Made by a program: the position numbers and the translations under genes
DNA from: Acidimicrobiia bacterium
Lineage (GTDB): Bacteria; Actinomycetota; Acidimicrobiia; IMCC26256; PALSA-555
Length of the DNA: 64,000 nucleotides
Direction of reading: 5' to 3'
NCBI GenBank assembly: GCA_038904515.1
Contig: JBCKKA010000001.1
Coordinates: 3,387 to 67,386, forward strand
In this document: in pieces, positions 47,154-56,091 of the stretch
Numbering within the stretch: the first letter of the stretch is position 1
Layout of the letters: every line of letters starts with the position of its first letter
Notes under the pieces: generated by a model
What the model was told of the DNA's origin: nothing
Databases searched by the model: none
Seen by the model: only the letters and a program-made list of their open reading frames with translations

Positions 47154-47755
47154 CCGTTCCCGATTTTTTACTCGCTCGTCGTTCCGTACGCGCGTTCACT
47201 ACCGACCCCATCGACCGAGCCCGTCTCGACGCTTTAGTATCCGCCGCCCTGTTGGCACCCGCACCCCACCACTCGCAACCATGGCGCTGGGCCGTGTGCG
47301 ACAGCTCAACGGCCAAGCGGGCACTCGCAGAAGCGATGGGGGCGCGATGGTCGCGGGATCTGCAGGCTGACAAAATCGCATTCGACCAAATAAACAAATT
47401 GGTCGAAGATTCGATTATTCGCATCAGCACCGCACCGGCCGCGTTGCTCGGATGTCTAACTCATTCTGGACTCGATCAATACCCCGACGAAGCTCGCCAA
47501 CGGGCGGAATGGGGAATGGCCAGCTTGTCGCTTGGTGCCGCGGTCGAAAATCTAATGCTCTGCGCAACCGACATGGGCTTGGCGTCGTGTTGGGTTGCGG
47601 CACCAATTTTTTGTGCTGAAGAAGCTCGCCGGTCAATCAATCTTCCCGATGACTGGCTACCGCAGGCGCTAATACTTGTAGGTAATCCTGATCCTAATTA
47701 CATCCCTCGCGCTCGACCGCCAGTTGCGCTGGATGAATTTCGAACATTTCACTAA
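47150..47755 (+). CDS. Nitroreductase-fold FMN protein, likely the separated FbiB C-terminal domain (dehydro-F420-0 reductase)
   Basis: 201 aa. LLARRSVRAFT and APAPHHSQPWRW are nitroreductase-family motifs. The ATG overlaps the cofE stop (ATGA). Confidence 0.7.
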   Translation: MTVPDFLLARRSVRAFTTDPIDRARLDALVSAALLAPAPHHSQPWRWAVCDSSTAKRALAEAMGARWSRDLQADKIAFDQINKLVEDSIIRISTAPAALLGCLTHSGLDQYPDEARQRAEWGMASLSLGAAVENLMLCATDMGLASCWVAAPIFCAEEARRSINLPDDWLPQALILVGNPDPNYIPRARPPVALDEFRTFH

Positions 47756-48694
47756 TCAGCGAGAACGAAACCAGTCAATCGTTCGTCGTAGTCCGGTTTC
47801 CAGATCGGTCCACGGTTTCCAACCTAAATGGATTCCCGCCCGGCCGGAATCGAGTACCGAGCGTCGCAACTCGCCCGCCCGAGCTGGGGCATAACGAGCC
47901 GGTTCGCCAAAATTAGCCACCAAAGCCATAGCGTCAAACAATTGCTGGACTGAAGTTTCAACTCCAGTACCAATGTTCATAATCAAGCCGCCGCCTTTTT
48001 GACCAGCGCGTACGAAAGCATCACAAACATCGTCAACAAAAACGAAGTCCCGAGTTTGTTCACCATCACCAAAAATTGTGGGGCGTTCATTCGCCAATAA
48101 TTTATTAGAAAAAATCGCCACTACTCCAGCTTCGCCGTGGGGGTCTTGACGGGGACCGTAAACATTTGCCAGCGCGAGCACCGTATACTCCAGCCCTTGA
48201 ATTTCACGAAAGTAATGGAGGTAATCCCCTACCGCTTTCTTCGCCACTCCATAAGGCGACAATGGATGTTGAGGATGGCCCTCGCGGGTCGGAACCGATT
48301 CAGGAACGCCGTATAACGTGCCGCCCGAACCTGCGAAAATAACCTTTTGCGTTCCCGCGGCAAGCGCGCCCGTCATTACATTTAACGAACCGATGATATT
48401 TACTTCGGCGTCAAGCACGGGTTGGTCGATCGAAACTACAACGCTGGGCTGCGCCGCCAAGTTATAGATCAATTCGGGTTTTTGGTGGGCAATCAGTTCA
48501 CAAATTGCCGTAGTGCGAATGTCGATGCGATGAAATGTGCAGCGTTGATTGCGTTGAGCACGCGCCTCGGTCAAATTAGCGAGCGAACCTGACGAAAGAT
48601 CGTCGGCAACATCCACATCGTGGCCTTCCGCCAGCAACCGATCGACCAGAGTCGATCCGATAAAGCCGGCACCGCCGGTTACGAGTACTCGCAT
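47756..48694 (-). CDS. NAD-dependent sugar-nucleotide epimerase/dehydratase (GalE-like extended SDR)
   Basis: VLVTGGAGFIGS Rossmann motif and YxxxK (SPYGVAKK). 312 aa. Confidence 0.85.
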   Translation of the reverse strand: MRVLVTGGAGFIGSTLVDRLLAEGHDVDVADDLSSGSLANLTEARAQRNQRCTFHRIDIRTTAICELIAHQKPELIYNLAAQPSVVVSIDQPVLDAEVNIIGSLNVMTGALAAGTQKVIFAGSGGTLYGVPESVPTREGHPQHPLSPYGVAKKAVGDYLHYFREIQGLEYTVLALANVYGPRQDPHGEAGVVAIFSNKLLANERPTIFGDGEQTRDFVFVDDVCDAFVRAGQKGGGLIMNIGTGVETSVQQLFDAMALVANFGEPARYAPARAGELRRSVLDSGRAGIHLGWKPWTDLETGLRRTIDWFRSR

Positions 48695-48699
48695 ACCTA

Positions 48700-49809
48700 T
48701 TAGTCTGCCCGAGACCCAGGCTCTAAACGCGCGCCATTGAGAGAGGTCCCCGGTGCGACTTGAGCTCCTTCACCAATTATTGAATCATTGGCAACCGAGA
48801 CCCCCGCGCCGATTACGGCACCGGCGGCGACTATGGAATCAACTATTTGCGCCCCTTCGCCCACACTCACATGAGCCTGAAGCACTGAGCGCAAAATGAC
48901 CGCGTTGGGGCCGACGGTAGTGTCCGCGCCGACCACTGAGCTCGCCACCGAAGCCCCTTGACCAAGAGTCGCTTGGTTCCCAATGAAGACGGGAGCTACC
49001 AACTCGACTTCGTTCGGCAATTCATTTTCAGCTCCCGCACTTACCCACCAGCACCCCGCGCTGATCTCGCGTGCGTTAGGAGCCGGAGGCACTCCCATTA
49101 CTCCCGCCAGCACATCGATGTGAGCTTGACGGTATTTCTCCGGCGTGCCGATATCGATCCAATATCCCTTAGTGGCAAAAGCGTAAAGCGATGCTTTGTC
49201 GGCCAGCATTTGCGGAAAAGTTTCCCTTTCAATCGATACCGGCCCGATGGCAGGAATTCTCGCCAGTGCCGCGGGCTCCAAAATGTAAGTTCCAGAGTTA
49301 ATCCACTGGGTTGGGGCATCTTCGCGTCGGGGTTTTTCGATGAATTGTTTCACCCTTCCGTCGGCGGTAGTTTCTACCACCCCAAAAGCCGATGGATCAT
49401 CAACCCAAGTAAGGCTGATCGTGGCTTCGGCTTCGGAATCGTTGTGGAACCTCTCTAAGTCGGACAAATTCAGTGAAGTTAAAACATCGCCATTACATAC
49501 CACCGTTCGAGAATCGAGACCGGCTTCATCAGCGGCAAAACGAATTGCTCCGGCAGTGCCGAGTGGCGTTGACTCGACTACGTAGCGCAGACGAATATTT
49601 TCAAATCGGCCCGACGGGAAATGATTTATAAACGCGTCAGGTAGATAACCAAGTGAAAGCACTACATCATCAACGCCGTAACCAGCCAACCATTGCAGTT
49701 GTCGTTCGAGAAAAGTCACTTCCACAATTGGTAACAGCGGTTTGGGGGTAGTCGTTGTTAGTGGTCGCAAGCGGGTCCCCTCCCCACCGACCAAAACTAT
49801 TGCTTGCAT
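48700..49809 (-). CDS. manC: Mannose-1-phosphate guanylyltransferase (GDP-mannose pyrophosphorylase) with a C-terminal left-handed beta-helix
   Basis: AIVLVGGEGTRLRPLT nucleotidyltransferase motif and a C-terminal hexapeptide-repeat region. Same neighbourhood as the mycobacterial Rv3264c. Confidence 0.85.
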   Translation of the reverse strand: MQAIVLVGGEGTRLRPLTTTTPKPLLPIVEVTFLERQLQWLAGYGVDDVVLSLGYLPDAFINHFPSGRFENIRLRYVVESTPLGTAGAIRFAADEAGLDSRTVVCNGDVLTSLNLSDLERFHNDSEAEATISLTWVDDPSAFGVVETTADGRVKQFIEKPRREDAPTQWINSGTYILEPAALARIPAIGPVSIERETFPQMLADKASLYAFATKGYWIDIGTPEKYRQAHIDVLAGVMGVPPAPNAREISAGCWWVSAGAENELPNEVELVAPVFIGNQATLGQGASVASSVVGADTTVGPNAVILRSVLQAHVSVGEGAQIVDSIVAAGAVIGAGVSVANDSIIGEGAQVAPGTSLNGARLEPGSRAD

Positions 49810-49829
49810 AAACTAAATACTTTTCCGTA

Positions 49830-50618
49830 TTACGGCGTGGGCGTCGACTCGAGAACGGTAGTCGTAGCGGTTGTATTTGATGCACCCGGGTCAGCAGCAC
49901 GACAGCCCGCAGTGTTTAATGCAGTCGTGTTTCCACCATCGTTAGCAGGAGTGGCATTGGCATTGGGCGGCACACCCAGTGATTCAGATTTAGGAACAAA
50001 TCCAATCGTGATTACCGATTCATCTTTTAGGCGGGCGTCGGACGGATTACCCGATTTTTCTTTGCAGTCAATTGAGTACTTAACCACTCCGGTTTGACCA
50101 CCAAAGACTGTTCCGGGTGGACATTTGTCGCCGTTGGTGTAATCAATTTTAGTTGGATCAGAAGCCGGACCAGTCCATAGTGATAGCGAATCTTGCGAAG
50201 CACTCCAGCCGCCGTAAGTAAGGAAACGACCAAAGGTAGCGTTGGTGCCGCCTTCGGATGAAGTGAACGGATGAATATGCAAGAAGCCGTCGCCATGGGT
50301 GTGGACTCCAACTCGAACGTTGGGATTATCAGCCGAGTTTTCAAATTCAAAAGGCGCGGGCAACCATTCGCCGCAAACATTTGCTGCCAGAGCCGCGTGC
50401 CAGTGATCGCCCGGCGCGCCAGTTGCCGGGTCACCTGGTTGCGGGGACACATTGGCCGAACCAGAGCCGCCGCTCAGAAGTACGGGGACGAGAAGGCCGG
50501 CAAGGCCGCCAATCACAATTACGACCATGGCTCCAGTGAACCAGCGGCTGCCACCGCGTCGCTTACCTTGGCGACCGGCAGCCCTTATACGAGCGCGAGT
50601 GTATTTCGACTTAGCCAT
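49830..50618 (-). CDS. Membrane-anchored secreted protein with His-rich motifs and a Thr/Asn/Pro-rich tail (unknown function)
   Basis: 262 aa. Basic N-terminus plus one TM segment, then DHWHAALAANVCGEW and HTHGDGFLHIHPF motifs. Confidence 0.6.
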   Translation of the reverse strand: MAKSKYTRARIRAAGRQGKRRGGSRWFTGAMVVIVIGGLAGLLVPVLLSGGSGSANVSPQPGDPATGAPGDHWHAALAANVCGEWLPAPFEFENSADNPNVRVGVHTHGDGFLHIHPFTSSEGGTNATFGRFLTYGGWSASQDSLSLWTGPASDPTKIDYTNGDKCPPGTVFGGQTGVVKYSIDCKEKSGNPSDARLKDESVITIGFVPKSESLGVPPNANATPANDGGNTTALNTAGCRAADPGASNTTATTTVLESTPTP

Positions 50619-50631
50619 GAGACCTTTTAGA

Positions 50632-51528
50632 TTATCGGCTAATCGGCTTCGGTTTTGGTCGGAATCGCAGCGTTCTCGCCCCCATAATTACTAATGCTCG
50701 TAACGCTAGATAAACCGCCGCCGGAAGCAAAAGGAGGCGTTTCCATCCGTGCCAGCGCTTACTGGCGAACCTCCCGAGTGATCGGTGATGGGCAATGATC
50801 ATTCGGTAAGGATGACGACTCGTGCTTACCGCGCCAATATGAACAACCGATCCTGCGGGTTCGTAAGCCACCCGCCAACCGGCTTTACCTAAACGCCAAC
50901 AAAGATCAACATCTTCGACGTACATGAAATATCCGTCGTCCCAACCTCCTACCTGATTGAGGGCTGATCGTCGCAACCAAATTGCTGCGCCAGAAACCCA
51001 GTCAACATCACGCGAACGCTTTGGATCGGCGTCAAGTTCTTTGTAGCTGCGAGAGAAACGATTTTTGGGCATCACCGCACCAAGAGTCCCGTGGCCCACG
51101 GTGTCGCGCAACCGCGGCACATTGCGGGCCGATGGGAAATGCGTGCCCGCGGTCGAGAAAACCGCGGGACCCGCCGCGCCAAGATCAGGTTCATTATTAA
51201 AGCGGGCAAGCAGGGCGGCTCCCGTGCCTGGGTTAATTTGTAAATCAGCATTAAAAACTGCGACCACCGCGGCGGAAGTAGCGGCAATTCCAGCATTGGC
51301 GGCGGCGGAGTAGCCCAGATTTTCTCCGGTCTCGATTATCCGTATCTCCGGCCTGACTAGGCGCAACTTAGTAACAGAATCGTCCGTAGACGCGTTGTCA
51401 ACCACGACGATTTCAACCGGCGCCGCGCTGGTATCGGCCAGCAAAGTAGTTACACAATCAATCAAACAATCGCCCGCTTCGTAGTTGACTACGACCGCGG
51501 CCCAAGTTAGAGCAGTTGCTGAGGTCAT
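50632..51528 (-). CDS. Family 2 glycosyltransferase, WbbL-like (rhamnosyltransferase type)
   Basis: VVVNYEAG...VVDNASTDDS and VEDVDLCWR motifs. 298 aa. Located between an LCP gene and manC. Confidence 0.85.
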   Translation of the reverse strand: MTSATALTWAAVVVNYEAGDCLIDCVTTLLADTSAAPVEIVVVDNASTDDSVTKLRLVRPEIRIIETGENLGYSAAANAGIAATSAAVVAVFNADLQINPGTGAALLARFNNEPDLGAAGPAVFSTAGTHFPSARNVPRLRDTVGHGTLGAVMPKNRFSRSYKELDADPKRSRDVDWVSGAAIWLRRSALNQVGGWDDGYFMYVEDVDLCWRLGKAGWRVAYEPAGSVVHIGAVSTSRHPYRMIIAHHRSLGRFASKRWHGWKRLLLLPAAVYLALRALVIMGARTLRFRPKPKPISR

Positions 51529-51555
51529 GATACGAAATGCAGAACCGTACTCAGG

Positions 51556-53010
51556 TCAGCAAGGACGAACGCGCGGGGCTGGAGTGCCCAGTTGGCTTTC
51601 GTTACTAATTGGTGCGGGAGTTGCCGCCGTAGGATCGGCGGCTCCACCCTCAACCGCGCTTACTCCCGGTACAGTGCCCGCGGCGGGTTTCACTAAATTT
51701 TTGAATCCAGTTCCTAAAATAAGCTGAATGCCATTTTTTTTCAGGCTGCTGTCTTTAACTAATCTCGCCCGAGGATCAATGTAAGGAAATAAAGCTTTGG
51801 CTTTTGCTTCATCTTCCGGACGATAACGAATTTCGGTAAGGGCTAAAGTCCCGCGAGAATCGTTTCCGGTGCCGCCGTCTTGAAAGCCAAATTTCGTCAG
51901 TTCCTTCATGGTGGCGGAAGCCAATCCTTCGCGTTGTGACGCGTTAAGAATTTTTACTTTTACCGTGGTGAGATCAACGACCGTGGCGGGATCGGATACC
52001 GGGGTCTTCCCGAAATCATTCAACCTCGCGATCATCTCGTCAGCTTCCGGCTGTTTAGGCAGTAAAACCGACTGCCCTTGCTCAGTACCGCTGGTCCAGG
52101 GCAGCGTCTGAAAATCAAGTGCACTCTGGTCGTTGGGGTTAATGGTCCGAAACGCATCGATCAGGTCAAAAATATTTCCTTTGGAAAGACGCGAATCGAC
52201 CGTAAGATTTTTAAGGGCTTCATCGGCGATAGCGTTAGCGGTAAGCGGATTATTCAATCCTTTTTGTACCGCTATTCCCGCCAATCTACGAATGAAATCC
52301 TGCTGGCGAGCAATTCGGTTGATATCAGGTACCGCGTCAGCAGAATACCAACGATTTTTTTCCACGCTGTAATACTCGAGGTAGCGGCTACGTACATAAG
52401 CCAGTGCACTGTAACCGTCGAGCCGGATGCAACCACCGGCAATGACTGATAATCCAGTTAGATCGTCGCGAGCGGCATACGGAAAATAGATCGGCACACT
52501 GCCGATAGCGTTAACGATGCCCCGGAAACTTTCGAAATCAACTTCAACGTAATGGTTGATATCGATACCAAAATTTAATTTAAGTGTCTCAATGGTTTTA
52601 TCGGGTCCTTCATTAAAAGCGGTATTGATTTTTGAATAACCAACTCCGGGGATGTTGACCCAAAGGTCGCGGGGAAATGAGACCGACAGTGTTCGTTGCG
52701 AACCGGGCTCGACATGAATCACCATCATGGTGTCAGATCGTTGCCCCCCCACATCGGCGCCGGTACCAAACGCTTCTTCTGCGGCCGCTCCCTTAACAAA
52801 CGCTCGGGTGTCGGAACCGATCAATAGATAGTTGGCTCCTTCCGGCGGCGCATCGGCCACCGTCACATTGACTCGCTTGATTACCGATAATTTGGAATCG
52901 ATAGCGGCGTTGACGCCTACAATCGCCGCCACCATGAAGGAAGTGACTACGGTCAAAGCAATAACTAGGCGAATCGGAAGCGCGCTTAAAGGCGATGGGT
53001 TTGATGCCAC
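51556..53010 (-). CDS. LytR-CpsA-Psr (LCP) family cell-wall glycopolymer ligase
   Basis: N-terminal TM segment. LCP core LLIGSDTR...RSDTMMVIHV...SFPRDLWV. A C-terminal LytR_C-like domain. GTG start. Confidence 0.9.
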   Translation of the reverse strand: MASNPSPLSALPIRLVIALTVVTSFMVAAIVGVNAAIDSKLSVIKRVNVTVADAPPEGANYLLIGSDTRAFVKGAAAEEAFGTGADVGGQRSDTMMVIHVEPGSQRTLSVSFPRDLWVNIPGVGYSKINTAFNEGPDKTIETLKLNFGIDINHYVEVDFESFRGIVNAIGSVPIYFPYAARDDLTGLSVIAGGCIRLDGYSALAYVRSRYLEYYSVEKNRWYSADAVPDINRIARQQDFIRRLAGIAVQKGLNNPLTANAIADEALKNLTVDSRLSKGNIFDLIDAFRTINPNDQSALDFQTLPWTSGTEQGQSVLLPKQPEADEMIARLNDFGKTPVSDPATVVDLTTVKVKILNASQREGLASATMKELTKFGFQDGGTGNDSRGTLALTEIRYRPEDEAKAKALFPYIDPRARLVKDSSLKKNGIQLILGTGFKNLVKPAAGTVPGVSAVEGGAADPTAATPAPISNESQLGTPAPRVRPC

Positions 53011-53115
53011 GAGAATTAGATCTTACTGGAGCCCTTACCAGGCCAAACCTCGGGCTAACAAGCCAGTATTTCTAACTTTCCCCGCGGCCGACAACCCAGC
53101 CTCTACCGTGGCGTC

Positions 53116-54393
53116 ATGGCTTCATTGAGCGCGCACCGGCCCCAAATGCCCACTATCGGGACTCACGTCGGCGTGCCTCGGAGTGAGGCCAACCCAGTCG
53201 TATTGCGGTCAGGAGAAACCACCATTATCGCCGCCGAACCAGTAGAGATCGTGTGGGCTAACGGAGTCGAGGCGCTAACAAAATTCGATTGTCTAACTCC
53301 AGGCTGGTGGGCGGGATTTTTTTCCTACGATCTCGGACGCAGCATTGAGCGAGTAGCTCGACGCGACTCTAGCGTTACGAATTTTTCTGACCGGCGAGTT
53401 TCTTATTCTGTTCCCGATTTATTGCTGGCACGCTTTGATGCTCGCTGGATTAGCAACGGAACCCGAAGTTACTTTGAAGGATCTGCCAAAGCGGTCGCGC
53501 GGCTCGAAAAACTTATCTCCAGCGCACCGACCGAACCCGAAATATCTCCTCTTACCGAAAGCTCATCTAGCCTCACTAGTGAAACTTTTACCGCGGGAGT
53601 CAGGACAATTCTTGATTTAATTGCCGACGGCCAGTGCTACCAAGTAAATCTTTCCCGCCAAATAAAATGGGAGCAGTCGGTAGACGCGCGCGCATTGCAC
53701 CGAGCTCTTTCGATTGCTAGCCCCGCTCCCCATGCTTCGCTCATTATTCTCCCTGGCGAGAACAATGAGCCGATAACGGTAGTAAGTGCTTCGCCCGAAA
53801 GTTTTTTAACTTGGAGCAGCGATGATCAGGGCACCGTAGTAAAAACTCGACCAATCAAAGGAACCGGTCGCGACGCTCACAGTTTGGGAGCCAGCGCTAA
53901 AGACCGAGCCGAAAATATAATGATCGTCGATCTCGCCCGTAACGATCTGGGCCGAGTGTGCCGCTTTGGATCGATAAGAGTTCCCGACCTCTGCTCAGTT
54001 GAGGAGCATCCCGGACTTTGGCATTTAGTTAGCACCGTGCAGGGTGTCAGCCGCACCGAGATTCGTCCGGGTGATCTGTTACGAGCGACTTTTCCACCGG
54101 CTTCTATTACCGGTGCTCCCAAGCCCCGAGTGATGCAAATAATTGAAGACCTTGAGCCGGTTAATCGCGGGGTCTACTGCGGGGCAATAGGTTGGATCGA
54201 CACTGAGCACAACGCCGGTGATCTTGCTGTCGCCATTCGTACTTTTGTCTCTTCGTGCGACCAGACCACACTGGGTGTGGGTGGCGGTATCGTCGCCGAC
54301 TCCGACCCTGAATCCGAGTGGCGCGAAACCGAACTCAAGGCGGCGCGTTTGCTTGGTGCAGCCGGCGCCCGCGATGTTGGCATCGCGGTGTAG
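53116..54393 (+). CDS. pabB: Aminodeoxychorismate synthase component I
   Basis: Chorismate-binding C-terminal core (FPPASITGAPK, NRGVYCGAIGW). Immediately followed by a class IV aminotransferase-fold gene. Confidence 0.8.
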   Translation: MASLSAHRPQMPTIGTHVGVPRSEANPVVLRSGETTIIAAEPVEIVWANGVEALTKFDCLTPGWWAGFFSYDLGRSIERVARRDSSVTNFSDRRVSYSVPDLLLARFDARWISNGTRSYFEGSAKAVARLEKLISSAPTEPEISPLTESSSSLTSETFTAGVRTILDLIADGQCYQVNLSRQIKWEQSVDARALHRALSIASPAPHASLIILPGENNEPITVVSASPESFLTWSSDDQGTVVKTRPIKGTGRDAHSLGASAKDRAENIMIVDLARNDLGRVCRFGSIRVPDLCSVEEHPGLWHLVSTVQGVSRTEIRPGDLLRATFPPASITGAPKPRVMQIIEDLEPVNRGVYCGAIGWIDTEHNAGDLAVAIRTFVSSCDQTTLGVGGGIVADSDPESEWRETELKAARLLGAAGARDVGIAV

Positions 54394-54404
54394 CGTCGCA
54401 ATTA

Positions 54405-55244
54405 ATGGCTACTTTATGGATCGATAACGAATTGGTTGATGAATCAATTGCTCGCGTCTCTCCACTCGACCACGGAATTTTGGTTGGTGACGGTGTATTC
54501 GAAACCATTTGTGTATATGACCGCGTACCGTTTGCGTGGCGACGCCATTACGAACGACTAACTAACTCCGCGGCCGGACTCGGACTATCAGTACCAAAAT
54601 CAGCCGTCCTTCTAGATTCCGCCCGCGCCGTGATCGCGGCCAACGATCACCACCACGGCCGTTTACGCATAACTATCACCGGCGGACCAGGACCGCTGGG
54701 ATCGGAACGCTCCGGTGCACCCGAAACGATAATCGTGGCTATCGGTTCACTGCCTGACTGGCCCGAAACGGAGCGCTGTCTAATCGTTCCTTGGCGTCGC
54801 AACGAAATGGGTGCCACCACCGGACTGAAAACTATTTCCTACGCCGAAAATGTGCGCGCCCTCGCCCACGCGCGCACGACCGGAGCAGGGGAAGCATTAT
54901 TTCTCAATACTGCTGGCTACCTGTGCGAAGCAACTGGATCAAATATTTTCTTGGTTACGGATGGAATAATCGCTACTCCCCCGTTAGACAGCGGATGTTT
55001 AGCCGGAGTTACCCGCGCGCTGGTAATTGACCTCGCTCTCGCTTCAGGACTCACCATTGTCGAGAAGCCCATCTCCGCAGTGGCTTACCGCAAAGCTAAC
55101 GAGGCTTTTCTCACTTCGACCACACGCGAGGTGCAAGCAATTTCGCAAATCAACGACTACACGCTAACCGGAGCGCCAGGCCCAGTAACAAAAATGCTTA
55201 ACGAGGCCTACACCGACTTACGTAAACGAGAATGTGACCCGTAA
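54405..55244 (+). CDS. pabC: Aminodeoxychorismate lyase / class IV aminotransferase-fold protein
   Basis: Start chosen at the ATG at 54405 (MATLWIDNELVD...). Class IV fold motifs are HGILVGDGVFET and the region EALFLNTAGYLCEATGSNIF. Confidence 0.75.
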   Translation: MATLWIDNELVDESIARVSPLDHGILVGDGVFETICVYDRVPFAWRRHYERLTNSAAGLGLSVPKSAVLLDSARAVIAANDHHHGRLRITITGGPGPLGSERSGAPETIIVAIGSLPDWPETERCLIVPWRRNEMGATTGLKTISYAENVRALAHARTTGAGEALFLNTAGYLCEATGSNIFLVTDGIIATPPLDSGCLAGVTRALVIDLALASGLTIVEKPISAVAYRKANEAFLTSTTREVQAISQINDYTLTGAPGPVTKMLNEAYTDLRKRECDP

Positions 55245-55269
55245 TCAAATTAAGATTCGAGTAAGCCGT

Positions 55270-56058
55270 TTACGCTCGGCGCAAGTGAACAACATCGCCT
55301 ACCGCTACAACAAATCTTTCGTCCTGATCACCAGTAATAAGAAGGTGGCCAACTTCGTCAATGTCTGTCGCGATACCTTCGATAGTTTTGTTCCCGAGGT
55401 CAACTCGAACTCGAGTTCCTAGAGTTTCGAGACTATTTCTGTAAGCGGCAACAACGGTAGACAAGTCTCCCTTATTAATCAGATCGTTCCAAACCGTTAG
55501 TCGAGCTAGGAATTCATCAAGGAGTGAATCGCGCGCCACAGGAATATCGAGTTCGAGCGCGCACGATGTAGCAAATTCAGATAACTCGGAAGGAAAGTCA
55601 CGCTGGGCCAAATTACATCCAACTCCGACTACTACTGCGAGAGTGGAGTCGGGAGAAGTTGTCGAAGGAGTGGGCAAAATTGATTCGGCCAAAACTCCCG
55701 CAAGTTTCTTTTGACCCACGACAACATCATTTGGCCATTTCAAACCCGAGATCAAGCGAAGTTGGGCGGGTAATGCTTCGAGCAACGAAAGTCCGGCGGC
55801 CATCGCTACGGTGTGAATCGATTCGAGATCGAGGCGAGGTCTCAATAGCACCGACACCAGCAACGAAGTTTTCGGCTCCTCTAACCAAACTCGGCCCTGC
55901 CGACCTCGGCCCGAGGTCTGGTGATCAGATAGCGCCACCAATCCCGCCGGCGCGCCACCCGCCGCCTGGTCGAGAACCCAGCGATTAGTAGAATCGATAC
56001 TAGAAAAACGGTGGATGTCCCACTGGCGACGGGGATCAATAGCCGGACTAGCTTCCAT
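55270..56058 (-). CDS. birA: Biotin--[acetyl-CoA-carboxylase] ligase (group I, no N-terminal HTH)
   Basis: GRGRQGRVW motif. The 262-aa length leaves no room for a DNA-binding domain. Confidence 0.9.
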   Translation of the reverse strand: MEASPAIDPRRQWDIHRFSSIDSTNRWVLDQAAGGAPAGLVALSDHQTSGRGRQGRVWLEEPKTSLLVSVLLRPRLDLESIHTVAMAAGLSLLEALPAQLRLISGLKWPNDVVVGQKKLAGVLAESILPTPSTTSPDSTLAVVVGVGCNLAQRDFPSELSEFATSCALELDIPVARDSLLDEFLARLTVWNDLINKGDLSTVVAAYRNSLETLGTRVRVDLGNKTIEGIATDIDEVGHLLITGDQDERFVVAVGDVVHLRRA

Positions 56059-56091
56059 AGGTCGTAGGATACGGCGTCACGATAGAGAATC

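Noticed and set aside
55270-56091. BirA acting as a repressor of the divergent carboxylase gene
   Set aside because: The protein is 262 aa and begins directly with the catalytic domain. It has no N-terminal helix-turn-helix, so it is a group I ligase only.
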